This document shows, piece after piece, positions 55,444 through 64,000 of a stretch of DNA of 64,000 nucleotides. The notes below the pieces were generated by a model. That model ran no database searches. It saw only the letters and a program-made list of their open reading frames with translations, and was not told the DNA's origin. The translations under genes and the position numbers were made by a program. Source of the DNA: an uncultured virus (IMG/VR IMGVR_UViG_3300010885_046520) (taxonomy: Duplodnaviria > Heunggongvirae > Uroviricota > Caudoviricetes). Numbering within the stretch: the stretch's first letter is position 1; every line of letters begins with the position of its first letter. The stretch is taken from the IMG/VR virus record IMGVR_UViG_3300010885_046520, positions 1 to 64,000 of that record, one strand, 5' to 3'.

Positions 55444-56087
55444 ATGTTTTTCTCAATTTCTGTTTGTATCATGGTTGGAATTTTGTTATCATCTAATTTA
55501 TCTAAGGCTCTGGTTACCCAGTTATTAGTCGATGTTCCGGCAAATTCAGGAGGAACTCTCCAGTTTTCTTTTGCTGGTTTCATAATAGCTAAACCAGTTC
55601 TAGAATATGGGTTAGGACCAACCTGAACTGTATAGTTTTTAACAATAATTTTGCTACCGTATAGTAATAACCACTCTAACCACGGTAATACAGCTTTGCT
55701 TAAACCATCAAATACTAGAGCACTATCACTAGTTAAAACATCTTCATAATTAGACTTAATCATACTAATACTAAATCCACCCTTTAAGCCAGAACCATTC
55801 AGCGTAATTGGATTAACATCAATTATAACATTATTGGTCCATATATTGACTATTTCGTTGACTTTTTGAGCAGCTTCCGGTATACCGAATTCGTAGCGTA
55901 GTCTGCCTGATACTAAAGATTGATATTCTGGTTCAGATACTATAGCCTTATAAATTTCGGCTGGTATAGTTTTGGCTAGAACACCACGAGCTTTATAAAA
56001 AGCGGTCTGTAAATGGTCTTTGATGCTATCTAGAACCATCTGTTTAATTGCAGCATCAGATTCTAATAGTTTTAATGAGAATTGCAT
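55440..56087 (-). CDS. putative neck/tail completion protein
   Basis: Start MQFSLK at 56087 lies just after the upstream stop at 56089; C-terminal NWVTRALD helix; position in the head-tail region. Confidence 0.5.
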   Translation of the reverse strand: MQFSLKLLESDAAIKQMVLDSIKDHLQTAFYKARGVLAKTIPAEIYKAIVSEPEYQSLVSGRLRYEFGIPEAAQKVNEIVNIWTNNVIIDVNPITLNGSGLKGGFSISMIKSNYEDVLTSDSALVFDGLSKAVLPWLEWLLLYGSKIIVKNYTVQVGPNPYSRTGLAIMKPAKENWRVPPEFAGTSTNNWVTRALDKLDDNKIPTMIQTEIEKNI

Positions 56088-56088
56088 T

Positions 56089-56622
56089 TTAGGCCCTCGA
56101 CCACATTGTAACAATATATCTATTATCTCCAAAACCACATGGCTGTGGATCTCCAGCAGTCACATATGTATAGCCCCCATAATTAGCTATATTTTTATCT
56201 ATAGTGATATATTGAGCATTTTTAATTTTAGGAAGAAGGGAAATTGAGCATATGGTTTGAACCATGCCGTCCACTATGTTAACAGCATCTGCTTTAGTTG
56301 ACCAATTAAACCAATATTTACTATCAAATAGCACTGCTAAATATATAGTTTCTTCATTAGCTTGATCAATTAGTCCATATCCATTACAAACTGGACAAAT
56401 AGTATCCGTAGTAAAAGAAATGGGACCGGTGCCATTATATCTATTGGCTGATCTTATAGAAATTGGATCAAATATACAGTTATGACATGGCTTATTATTG
56501 GAAGAACCGTAGGATATAACACAGGGAACAGCAAGTCCCGTATTAGACAATAGTGAGTCTATGGCTTGATTGTATAAGTTTTTATAACCAGCAGATATTA
56601 AACCTTCAAAAGGATTAGCCAT
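56089..56622 (-). CDS. putative head-closure protein with Cys motifs
   Basis: Start MANPFEG with SD AAGGA; CHNC and CPVCNGYG; neck-region position. Confidence 0.5.
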   Translation of the reverse strand: MANPFEGLISAGYKNLYNQAIDSLLSNTGLAVPCVISYGSSNNKPCHNCIFDPISIRSANRYNGTGPISFTTDTICPVCNGYGLIDQANEETIYLAVLFDSKYWFNWSTKADAVNIVDGMVQTICSISLLPKIKNAQYITIDKNIANYGGYTYVTAGDPQPCGFGDNRYIVTMWSRA

Positions 56623-56666
56623 ATTAATTATCCTTAGAGTAAAAATACTAATATAAAATACACATT

Positions 56667-57611
56667 TTACCAACTACTATGAGGAGAACGTCTCCAAGTA
56701 TTACTGCCCACACAAATATATAAATAGGATGAATCCCATACTATATCACCAGGATTTCCAGAAGAGGAGGATGAGGCTATCATTCTGTAGGGTATATTAG
56801 TAACTGATCTAGAAAAATCTACAATATCAGATAAATAATGTTTATGTCCGCTAATAGAATAATTACCAACAGGTTGCGGAATATAGTTTAATGCTCCACT
56901 AATATCTGTAAAAGATAAAGTAACAGTACCTGACCTAGCATTAAATGATGTTACTCCACTATTTCCTAATGAATCAATAGTGATAGTATTAGAAGAATTA
57001 TTATAGTATACATTAGTATATCCACTACCAACAATATTCAGTCTTTCATTGTTAGAATAATAAATAACTGGCGCAGTTCCGTCTCCTATGGTTAAATTAT
57101 GAATATGATTACTATAAGAATATGAACCAGTAGGTTGTTTAGCATCCAACAAACCTTGAAGGCCATCTACTTGATCAACTATATGATGATGACCATATAA
57201 GCTATAATCTCCAGAAACCTGTGGTACATAACCGAGCCTGCTAATGATATTTGGAGCAGTTAAGAAACCGGAACCAGATTTGGTATCTATCACTACGCTA
57301 CGAGCAGCATTGTTATATGATATAGTTGTATCACCTGAACCTACAACATTGAGATATTGTCCACTGGATAAATTAATAGCTACTCGTGGGTCTGCTCCAT
57401 CTGCTATGGATAGATAAATTTCTGGAAAATTGATAGTTACAGGAGGAATGTCTACATATGATAGACCAGACCAAGCAGTAACTCCGTCTCCAACTTTTAA
57501 GTATCTGGATTCGGTCTCATATCCTGGTTCTCCTAAAGCTAAGATGGGATTAACAGAAATCCATTCTCCACTAGGGGCTCTTCGTAGTCTAATTCTTCGA
57601 TAATCACTCAT
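56667..57611 (-). CDS. fibre protein with Mtd/hyaluronidase-type N-terminal domain
   Basis: RIRLRR...W...NPILALGEPGYETE...LKVGDGVTAWSGL; HxH motifs; C-terminal GDIVWDSSYLYICV..NTWRR. Confidence 0.8.
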   Translation of the reverse strand: MSDYRRIRLRRAPSGEWISVNPILALGEPGYETESRYLKVGDGVTAWSGLSYVDIPPVTINFPEIYLSIADGADPRVAINLSSGQYLNVVGSGDTTISYNNAARSVVIDTKSGSGFLTAPNIISRLGYVPQVSGDYSLYGHHHIVDQVDGLQGLLDAKQPTGSYSYSNHIHNLTIGDGTAPVIYYSNNERLNIVGSGYTNVYYNNSSNTITIDSLGNSGVTSFNARSGTVTLSFTDISGALNYIPQPVGNYSISGHKHYLSDIVDFSRSVTNIPYRMIASSSSSGNPGDIVWDSSYLYICVGSNTWRRSPHSSW

Positions 57612-60073
57612 AATTTTTTAACTCCGAAAATTAAACCAGTAACTTGTGGTACGAGCCAGTTTTCTTGTGTAATTGGATTTTGATTAACATAATATTGATA
57701 TGTTTTATAGCTTGTTTTATTAACGGTTTGTATGGGTCCAACCTCTACATAATCATCTATTTTAGTTTTGAATGGTGTGATCGATGGAGTAAAATTAGTA
57801 GGATAACGATTCACTCCAGAAGTTATTCTATATTCATCAATATATCCTCCTTTACCAATACTTAAATTTACATTAGTGATTTGAGCATTAGTATTAGTAT
57901 CTAAAATTGTAAAAATAGACCTAATAGTAGAACCATCAAAGGATGCTGTGTAGGGTGTGCTGAACGAACCTTGTGTTTCAGCTGGGTAAACAAAAGAAGT
58001 AACACTGCCACTATTGGATAGATAATAAGAACTACCTGCTTGACCATTAAGATAGCAAATAATATTATTAGTACTATTTCTTGTGATAGCAACGTGGTGC
58101 CAAACTCCTGTGCTCGCTATAGTAGGAAAAAATAATTGCCTTTGTACACTTGCTGATTGGAATAATCCGTCTCCATCATCGCTGGTTTTAAAATTAGATA
58201 CATATTGTATGCCGCTAGTATTAGCAGCAAATGAATAGGTCTGAAAACTCCAATATTGAATATTAGGATTTGGAGTTTTATCAAACAATGATATAGATGT
58301 AGTATTATTGGGAAAGTAAACCCAAGATTCTATAGTAAAAATAGATCCTGATGGGTCAGGATAATTCAAGTGTAGATAAGAATTTTGATTGGGGAAACTA
58401 ATACTACGACTACCGACTTTACTGGGAGAAGTGGTTGTTGTCACCGACCCAGTATAGCTAATATTATTACTAAATGTGGATGAGTCTGCAATAGGAGTAG
58501 ACTCTCCATGCAAGAGCAATGTTACGTTAGGCTCATAAGTATCAGTCTGTCCAGAATACATAACATTGATAAATTTAGTATCTAAATATTTTTTCCTAGC
58601 GCTATTATATACTTTCATTCCTCCGATAGCATCATTAAAACTACCTCTCCAAACAGAATCAGTATCAAAAGCATCCCAATAAATATTTGATTTATAGTTA
58701 GGTCCACTCATTTTTATAGCATCTATATTACCGCTAATAATAGCTGTCACATTATTACCATCAGCATCTGGAACTAAAAAAGCTCTTCTATGACTACTGT
58801 AGTCATAATATGTAGAATTAGATGGAGAACCATCATCGTTAAATGTTTTTGTAATAGAACGAACAGTAGGGTCTTTATACCATTTTAATAATCCATCAGA
58901 TGCTCCATAATTATCTACCAAACTACCACTAACTCCAGGATAGATAGACATAACTTTAGCAGAGCTTCCTATCCAATAGGATGGGGGTGGGTCGGCATTA
59001 TCCACTAAAACCAAGTCGTCTAGTAACCAAACTCTTCCTCTCATATAATACCAGGAATCTTTCCATAAATCCTCTCCTTGTATAGAAGAAGTTATTCCAT
59101 TCATAACGGAATTTGAATAAGTACGATTATAAAATCGTAAATTATTAAAATTAAAACCGCTTATTGGTAAACTCAGATCCCATGACTCTTTTAGAATATT
59201 AGGATTTGAATTGACTACCGGGATATTAATATCTTCTACATTTAGATATAATAGAGGAGGATTAACAGATTGATCTATAGAGAATTCTAAATGACACCAC
59301 CTACTAATCATAGCGCTAAATCCATCTCCTTTATTAGTGTCCGCAATTGTTAATATTTTATTAGTAGTAGAATCAAATACAGAAGATATTTGATAACGAT
59401 TGATCATTCCATAAATATTTAAATCAAAATAACCTACTGTTTGATCATTTTGTTGTATTTCTAAAGCTAGTGTCTCTTTCTTATTATTCAGTGTGCTGAG
59501 ATTATTCCCAGTAATTTTTACAACATTAACTGTTAAACAAGGAAGACTTCCACTATTAAAACTAAATAATGTATGTCTATGCGGATAAGTAGAATAATCG
59601 CTATGCTTAGATTCTAAACCAAGACATCTCATAGATAAGTATGAGATATTACCTGACGGAGAAGGGAATCCACTGGCCTGTAAATATGTTGGGGTTTCTA
59701 AATTATTAGTATCTTCTATTTGTATATTAGTAAATGCTAAAAATCCTGGGGGACTTCCAAAGCCAGGATATGAATTTTTAGTATAGTCTATGTTACCATA
59801 TGTACCATATAGAGCGGCCCTATTATCTGTGTATCTTCCACTGGGAACTAATCCATTAATAGAGGTTGGAGTAGAGTATCTATAGAGAAAACCTAATTTC
59901 TGTGGGTCAAGAGACCCTAAATAGGTAGCAGAAAGATTATCTTCTATGACATACGGAGAATATCCACCGAAAGCGTATTTAGGAAAACTTTTAAATTGAG
60001 TAGACCAATACTTTGAATCTAGCTCATTTAAGAGTACTCCTTTATCAAAGCCTTCGAAAAATAAAGTAGACAT
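57608..60073 (-). CDS. virion protein with LamG/concanavalin A-like domain
   Basis: NVTLLLHGE, FTIESWVY, WHHVAITR...YLNG, GYIDEYRIT.GV.RY..NFTP. Confidence 0.8.
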   Translation of the reverse strand: MSTLFFEGFDKGVLLNELDSKYWSTQFKSFPKYAFGGYSPYVIEDNLSATYLGSLDPQKLGFLYRYSTPTSINGLVPSGRYTDNRAALYGTYGNIDYTKNSYPGFGSPPGFLAFTNIQIEDTNNLETPTYLQASGFPSPSGNISYLSMRCLGLESKHSDYSTYPHRHTLFSFNSGSLPCLTVNVVKITGNNLSTLNNKKETLALEIQQNDQTVGYFDLNIYGMINRYQISSVFDSTTNKILTIADTNKGDGFSAMISRWCHLEFSIDQSVNPPLLYLNVEDINIPVVNSNPNILKESWDLSLPISGFNFNNLRFYNRTYSNSVMNGITSSIQGEDLWKDSWYYMRGRVWLLDDLVLVDNADPPPSYWIGSSAKVMSIYPGVSGSLVDNYGASDGLLKWYKDPTVRSITKTFNDDGSPSNSTYYDYSSHRRAFLVPDADGNNVTAIISGNIDAIKMSGPNYKSNIYWDAFDTDSVWRGSFNDAIGGMKVYNSARKKYLDTKFINVMYSGQTDTYEPNVTLLLHGESTPIADSSTFSNNISYTGSVTTTTSPSKVGSRSISFPNQNSYLHLNYPDPSGSIFTIESWVYFPNNTTSISLFDKTPNPNIQYWSFQTYSFAANTSGIQYVSNFKTSDDGDGLFQSASVQRQLFFPTIASTGVWHHVAITRNSTNNIICYLNGQAGSSYYLSNSGSVTSFVYPAETQGSFSTPYTASFDGSTIRSIFTILDTNTNAQITNVNLSIGKGGYIDEYRITSGVNRYPTNFTPSITPFKTKIDDYVEVGPIQTVNKTSYKTYQYYVNQNPITQENWLVPQVTGLIFGVKKL

Positions 60074-60153
60074 AGCATCTCCTAGACCAGAATTATATTA
60101 TTAAATGTTGTCATTATAGTGGCTAATATAGTCCTGTAAGTTAATACACCGGT

Positions 60154-60345
60154 TTAAACGATTGAAATCTGTAAGTCGCATGGTAAATCATATAATAAAA
60201 CTTCGACAGAAACATAAGAAATTAAAACTGTCTCATTAGGAGCATTGTAGGTTAATAGATCATTAGACATATAAGAACAGTATATCCTATAAATTTCTCT
60301 GTCTTGATATGATAAAGGATATCCAAAAAATGGAGGTAGTATCAT
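60154..60345 (-). CDS. small hypothetical protein (63 aa)
   Basis: SD AGGAG upstream; fills the gap in the operon. Confidence 0.6.
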   Translation of the reverse strand: MILPPFFGYPLSYQDREIYRIYCSYMSNDLLTYNAPNETVLISYVSVEVLLYDLPCDLQISIV

Positions 60346-60357
60346 GAATTTCTCCTA

Positions 60358-61512
60358 TTATTCTGGACCGCCATTTGCGTCGGTGGTGTCTCCAGATAGT
60401 ATAATAGTATTATCTCCAGCCTTTACTAATGTTGCAACAGAGAATTGTCCTACTAGTTTAGAATGACCCAACCTATTTGACAATCCATTACCAGATAATC
60501 TTACTTGACCAGAACCCAGCTGAGAAATCAAACAATTAAATCCTAATGATAAACTATCACTAAATTGCACATTTATGGCACGAATATTGTTTGTGAAAGT
60601 TAAAACTTTACCGTTATCAGACTGTACTATAGTATAACCAGAAGTTGAAATATTCTGCAAAGATGCCGAGAACCTATTTAATTCTCCATCTCCTAAAGAT
60701 TGAGTTCCTGTGAAACTATTGCCACCATTTAGTTTAGCAAAAAGACCTGATGATAGAGTTGATATGTCTCCCAAACCAAGAGTATTTCGTTGAGCAGCTG
60801 CTGAGGCATCATTAATTAAAACTTTACCAGCATCGGTAATAGATATGGTTCCGTATTTATCTACTCCTGTGCCACAGATCAATTTATTTTGAATGATGGG
60901 AAGATTACTGAGTTCAGCTAGCCTGTTATTGTATGCTTGTACGTTTGTTCCAATTGTTAGTCCACTAACAGATATAGTTAGAACATTGAGATCTTGATCA
61001 GCATAGCTTAATTGGATATAGTTTCCGGGCTGTAGTAGATTAGCTACTCTATCATCCACTGATTCATTAAAATTATCAATGTCGCTGGGATTGTGATGAT
61101 GTCCAAGCGGAGAATATTGTGAGCTAAGACTGTCTGATGAAATATTAATAGTTTTAGTATTGGGGACAAATGAAACAACAGTTCCTCCAGACCCAACAAT
61201 ATTTAAAGTCTCATTTTCTCGAATAGTAATATTACCGACATTTAATTTGGTTAGTCCGGTACCCGGAGGCCCCTCCAAACCTGATGGTCCGATTGGACCG
61301 ATTGGCCCCGATGGACCAACTTCACCCTGCAAACCGCTAGGCCCCGTTAATCCAGTTAAACCTCTTTCAACATAAACAACACTAACAGTATTATCAAAAC
61401 CATCTATAATATTCAAATTTGTGGTAATAACACCAGGACTATCAGCTTGGTCAGTAGACTGATTAATTATCAAAACTTTTTGAGATGGTGGTGTGATGTT
61501 AACAGTAGCCAT
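60358..61512 (-). CDS. collagen-repeat-containing fibre protein
   Basis: About 12 Gly-X-Y triplets (61255-61362), GHHH, and C-terminal SDNGK...LGFNCLISQLGSGQV...ILSGD. Confidence 0.75.
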   Translation of the reverse strand: MATVNITPPSQKVLIINQSTDQADSPGVITTNLNIIDGFDNTVSVVYVERGLTGLTGPSGLQGEVGPSGPIGPIGPSGLEGPPGTGLTKLNVGNITIRENETLNIVGSGGTVVSFVPNTKTINISSDSLSSQYSPLGHHHNPSDIDNFNESVDDRVANLLQPGNYIQLSYADQDLNVLTISVSGLTIGTNVQAYNNRLAELSNLPIIQNKLICGTGVDKYGTISITDAGKVLINDASAAAQRNTLGLGDISTLSSGLFAKLNGGNSFTGTQSLGDGELNRFSASLQNISTSGYTIVQSDNGKVLTFTNNIRAINVQFSDSLSLGFNCLISQLGSGQVRLSGNGLSNRLGHSKLVGQFSVATLVKAGDNTIILSGDTTDANGGPE

Positions 61513-61527
61513 AATTAAATACTATCC

Positions 61528-63999
61528 TTATGGTGAAGTTAAAGTTACTGTTTTTGTGTCAAAGCCAGTGTCATCATATACTTTAAGACTAAAACTATTA
61601 GAATTTGTCCAGTTATACCCTATAGAATTAATTCCAGATAAAGTAATAGACAATCTATCTGTAACACTATTATAATTATCGTTCATATTTTGAACATTTA
61701 ATTTTCTAGTAAAGTTACAGATATTGTCATTAATTAAAATTTCTGGAGTGTAATTATAGACAGGTCGTAAGCCTCCCTCAATTTCGAAACTAAGGCTCCA
61801 AGAACCATTATTCCTACTAATACTAGTATTCGGTAATATGATTTGGATAGGCTTATTAATAAATAATGGATATTCTACTACGTATTTTTTAGGAGTTAGA
61901 CTAGTGCCAGAAAACGCTGGTAGTCCAGTATTCTCAAAAGATACCATCTTATAAATATAGTCTTTGTATAAGCCAACCGGAGTGCCACTCAAACCAAATC
62001 TCCATTCTCCTTCTTTGGCATAAGTGATATCGTTTATCTTAATTTGATCATAATAATTTTGTCTGAGGTCATAGAAACCAGAAACAGACAATCCGCTCAT
62101 AAACGGATAATTACTAGGACCACTAAAAGAACCAATGATGGTTGTGCTATCTCCAGAAATAATAGACAGTTTATAATTGTATGGTAAAATATTATTATTT
62201 TCTGTAGAAATTCTTCCACTATCTAGGATATCAATATAGTCTCCAGAACTATAAGAGAGATTATTATGGTTAATAGTTACTGTGCCATTATCTATTGATT
62301 GTATAAAACATTTATCAGACACTATAACTAATCCAGTAGCAGATAATCCTTGTCTCTCAAAGGGAAGACTAATTGTATTATCATATGTGTTACTCAAAGC
62401 TATTCCTGTGGAAAAAGATAGATCTCCACTAAAAGTAAGTAAAACATAATCACGAGAATTAAAACCCGCTGGAAGTGATATGTTAATTTTTTGTCCATTA
62501 ACGCCACCTAGAAAACCAGAATGTTGATATGTTCCAATTAATACTTTATCATTAAGTTTTTTCTGTAGTATTCCAGTAAATAATGGAGCATAATTATATG
62601 ATCTCCAAACAGTATTATCTGACAGCTGGTAAAATGGAACCTTTTGACTTCCTCCACTATAAGGAATATATCCTCCGATAGCCCTGACTGAGTATCCTGA
62701 TATTGGAACTCCACTCAAGCAACTAATACTATTTTTGATGCCAGTCATGATAATAGGGGGAAAGCTAGTTTGTACCGGATTGTCATCTCTGTTTCCTCCC
62801 TTATGAATCCAAAAATATTCATTTTCTGTATATGATACAGCATTATATTTATAAGTAGGAAATACATCAGGAGTATTATTTAAGAAGACAGAAAATACGG
62901 TTCCAGAATTAAGAACATTATTGAATTGAATTGGACTACCATTGCTTGTACCAGCAGATACGCTAGATATAGCTCCAGCATCTATAGTGATACCAGAAAC
63001 AGCATTTTTGATTACATAATTAATAGATATTACTCTATAGTTATCTGCTTGATCCCTTTCATATGCAGAATTACCATATGAACAACGACCTAATATGGAA
63101 TATGGTTGATTGTTATATGCGAATGGAGCAATATCATATGACGGTGGAGGGGCGGGAAGCTCTACTGATGGTCTTGGAATTTGCATACCGCTTAATCTGA
63201 TATATCCTGTTTCCCAACAATTAGATGTTTTGACTGTGAAAACAGAAGGATCAGAAATATAATTATCAATAGGCTTTATTATTAGACCAGTAAAAAATAC
63301 ATCATTCTTATTAAAGCTTCCTGATACTGGTATATCAGCGACAAATGAAGGTTTAATTCTACCAAATAAACCATAAGATGTGACAGTACCTCCCCCAAGA
63401 CTTATTGGTTTAAAGCTACCACAGCCCATGATTCCATTAGCAGTGTTGGAGTCTACAGTACCATTAAATGGTTGTAAATTAGACGTTCCATATGAAACCT
63501 GGCTAGACTTAACCAACCTTCCTACTCCTGTTGTTAGAACATTGCCGAGAATAGTTATATAGCCAGAACCACCGATACTTTGTACTTTATATCCTTTATT
63601 AAGAGAGTTCGAAGGATTATTATCAAATTCAAAATAAGTATCAGAATTATTAATATTAATTCTGGTATTAGTAATATATACTCTAGAATTGCTTCCACCA
63701 CTATAGCTGAAGGTAGAAGTCTGGCAATTAGAATGAGGAAGGATACTGGTGCAGGTTAGGGATACTGGGTCGGACGGTGGCCAATATGTATTTATTGTTC
63801 CTCCGTCTATAGATTTAGTTCCTGATGGCTGTTGTACTCCTCCAACGCTTGATGCTCTTGGGGTATATGTTGGTTTTTCATTCTCAAAATAAAGAATAAT
63901 ATTTAAAGGAGATACTGGATTAGCTGTAGAAATATCTGTGAATGTTAATTGTTTACTATCTGATTTATTTCTAGCGTCATAAACAGTTAATTTAAATTT
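61528..63999 (-). CDS. large beta-rich virion protein with Ig-like modules, 5' end beyond the window
   Basis: The frame is open to the window end (KFKLTVYDARNKSDSKQLTFT...), well beyond the ORF track's 63516. A similar strand recurs at the C-terminus (FSLKVYDDTGFDTKTVTLT). Confidence 0.7.
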   Translation of the reverse strand, partial: KFKLTVYDARNKSDSKQLTFTDISTANPVSPLNIILYFENEKPTYTPRASSVGGVQQPSGTKSIDGGTINTYWPPSDPVSLTCTSILPHSNCQTSTFSYSGGSNSRVYITNTRININNSDTYFEFDNNPSNSLNKGYKVQSIGGSGYITILGNVLTTGVGRLVKSSQVSYGTSNLQPFNGTVDSNTANGIMGCGSFKPISLGGGTVTSYGLFGRIKPSFVADIPVSGSFNKNDVFFTGLIIKPIDNYISDPSVFTVKTSNCWETGYIRLSGMQIPRPSVELPAPPPSYDIAPFAYNNQPYSILGRCSYGNSAYERDQADNYRVISINYVIKNAVSGITIDAGAISSVSAGTSNGSPIQFNNVLNSGTVFSVFLNNTPDVFPTYKYNAVSYTENEYFWIHKGGNRDDNPVQTSFPPIIMTGIKNSISCLSGVPISGYSVRAIGGYIPYSGGSQKVPFYQLSDNTVWRSYNYAPLFTGILQKKLNDKVLIGTYQHSGFLGGVNGQKINISLPAGFNSRDYVLLTFSGDLSFSTGIALSNTYDNTISLPFERQGLSATGLVIVSDKCFIQSIDNGTVTINHNNLSYSSGDYIDILDSGRISTENNNILPYNYKLSIISGDSTTIIGSFSGPSNYPFMSGLSVSGFYDLRQNYYDQIKINDITYAKEGEWRFGLSGTPVGLYKDYIYKMVSFENTGLPAFSGTSLTPKKYVVEYPLFINKPIQIILPNTSISRNNGSWSLSFEIEGGLRPVYNYTPEILINDNICNFTRKLNVQNMNDNYNSVTDRLSITLSGINSIGYNWTNSNSFSLKVYDDTGFDTKTVTLTSP

Positions 64000-64000
64000 T

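Noticed and set aside
56667..57611. Diversity-generating retroelement suggested by the Mtd-type N-terminal domain
   Set aside because: No reverse transcriptase and no template/variable repeat pair in the window; this N-terminal domain is a common fibre anchor.
127..63562. Numerous 60-150 aa ORFs antisense or out-of-frame to long genes (e.g. 4444-4704, 9128-9577, 38389-38679, 41954-42244)
   Set aside because: They are shadow ORFs fully inside well-supported genes, with no recognisable motifs.
1..64000. CRISPR array or cas operon linked to the Cas4-like gene
   Set aside because: No regularly spaced direct repeats were seen; the repeats found are codon-diverged protein repeats inside the TMP.

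Overview
This window is part of a large, AT-rich tailed dsDNA phage genome in two convergent blocks. The + strand (1-14.6 kb) carries a replication and modification module: a PD-(D/E)XK/Cas4-like nuclease, a DnaE-type polymerase split into two genes with a DEDDh exonuclease between them, SSB, a cluster of glycosyltransferase-like and nucleotidyltransferase-like genes, a free-standing endonuclease, a Rad52/Sak-like annealing protein and a membrane-anchored YfaP-like protein. The - strand (14.6-64 kb) carries a virion morphogenesis block: fibre and adhesin proteins, neck-like and terminator-like proteins, a tail tube, chaperone-like genes, a 5383-aa tape measure protein (TMP) and very large distal-tail proteins. 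Two observations stand out. (1) The TMP is a beads-on-a-string polyprotein in which a repeated GG-x-VY / GTDTVPAMLTPGEFVVN module separates enzyme-like cargo domains: two PD-(D/E)XK-like, one HAD phosphatase-like, one HEXXH metallopeptidase, one GNAT-like and one ADP-ribosyltransferase-like. This suggests an injected multi-effector system. (2) The universal DnaE PHP motif LHVHS-x-YSLLDG is interrupted by an exact 10-nt insert (TAGGTGGGCT) that begins with a stop codon, suggesting translational bypassing, a +1 frameshift or a further split. All domain calls come from motif reading by eye; no searches were run. No rRNA, tRNA or CRISPR array was recognised.
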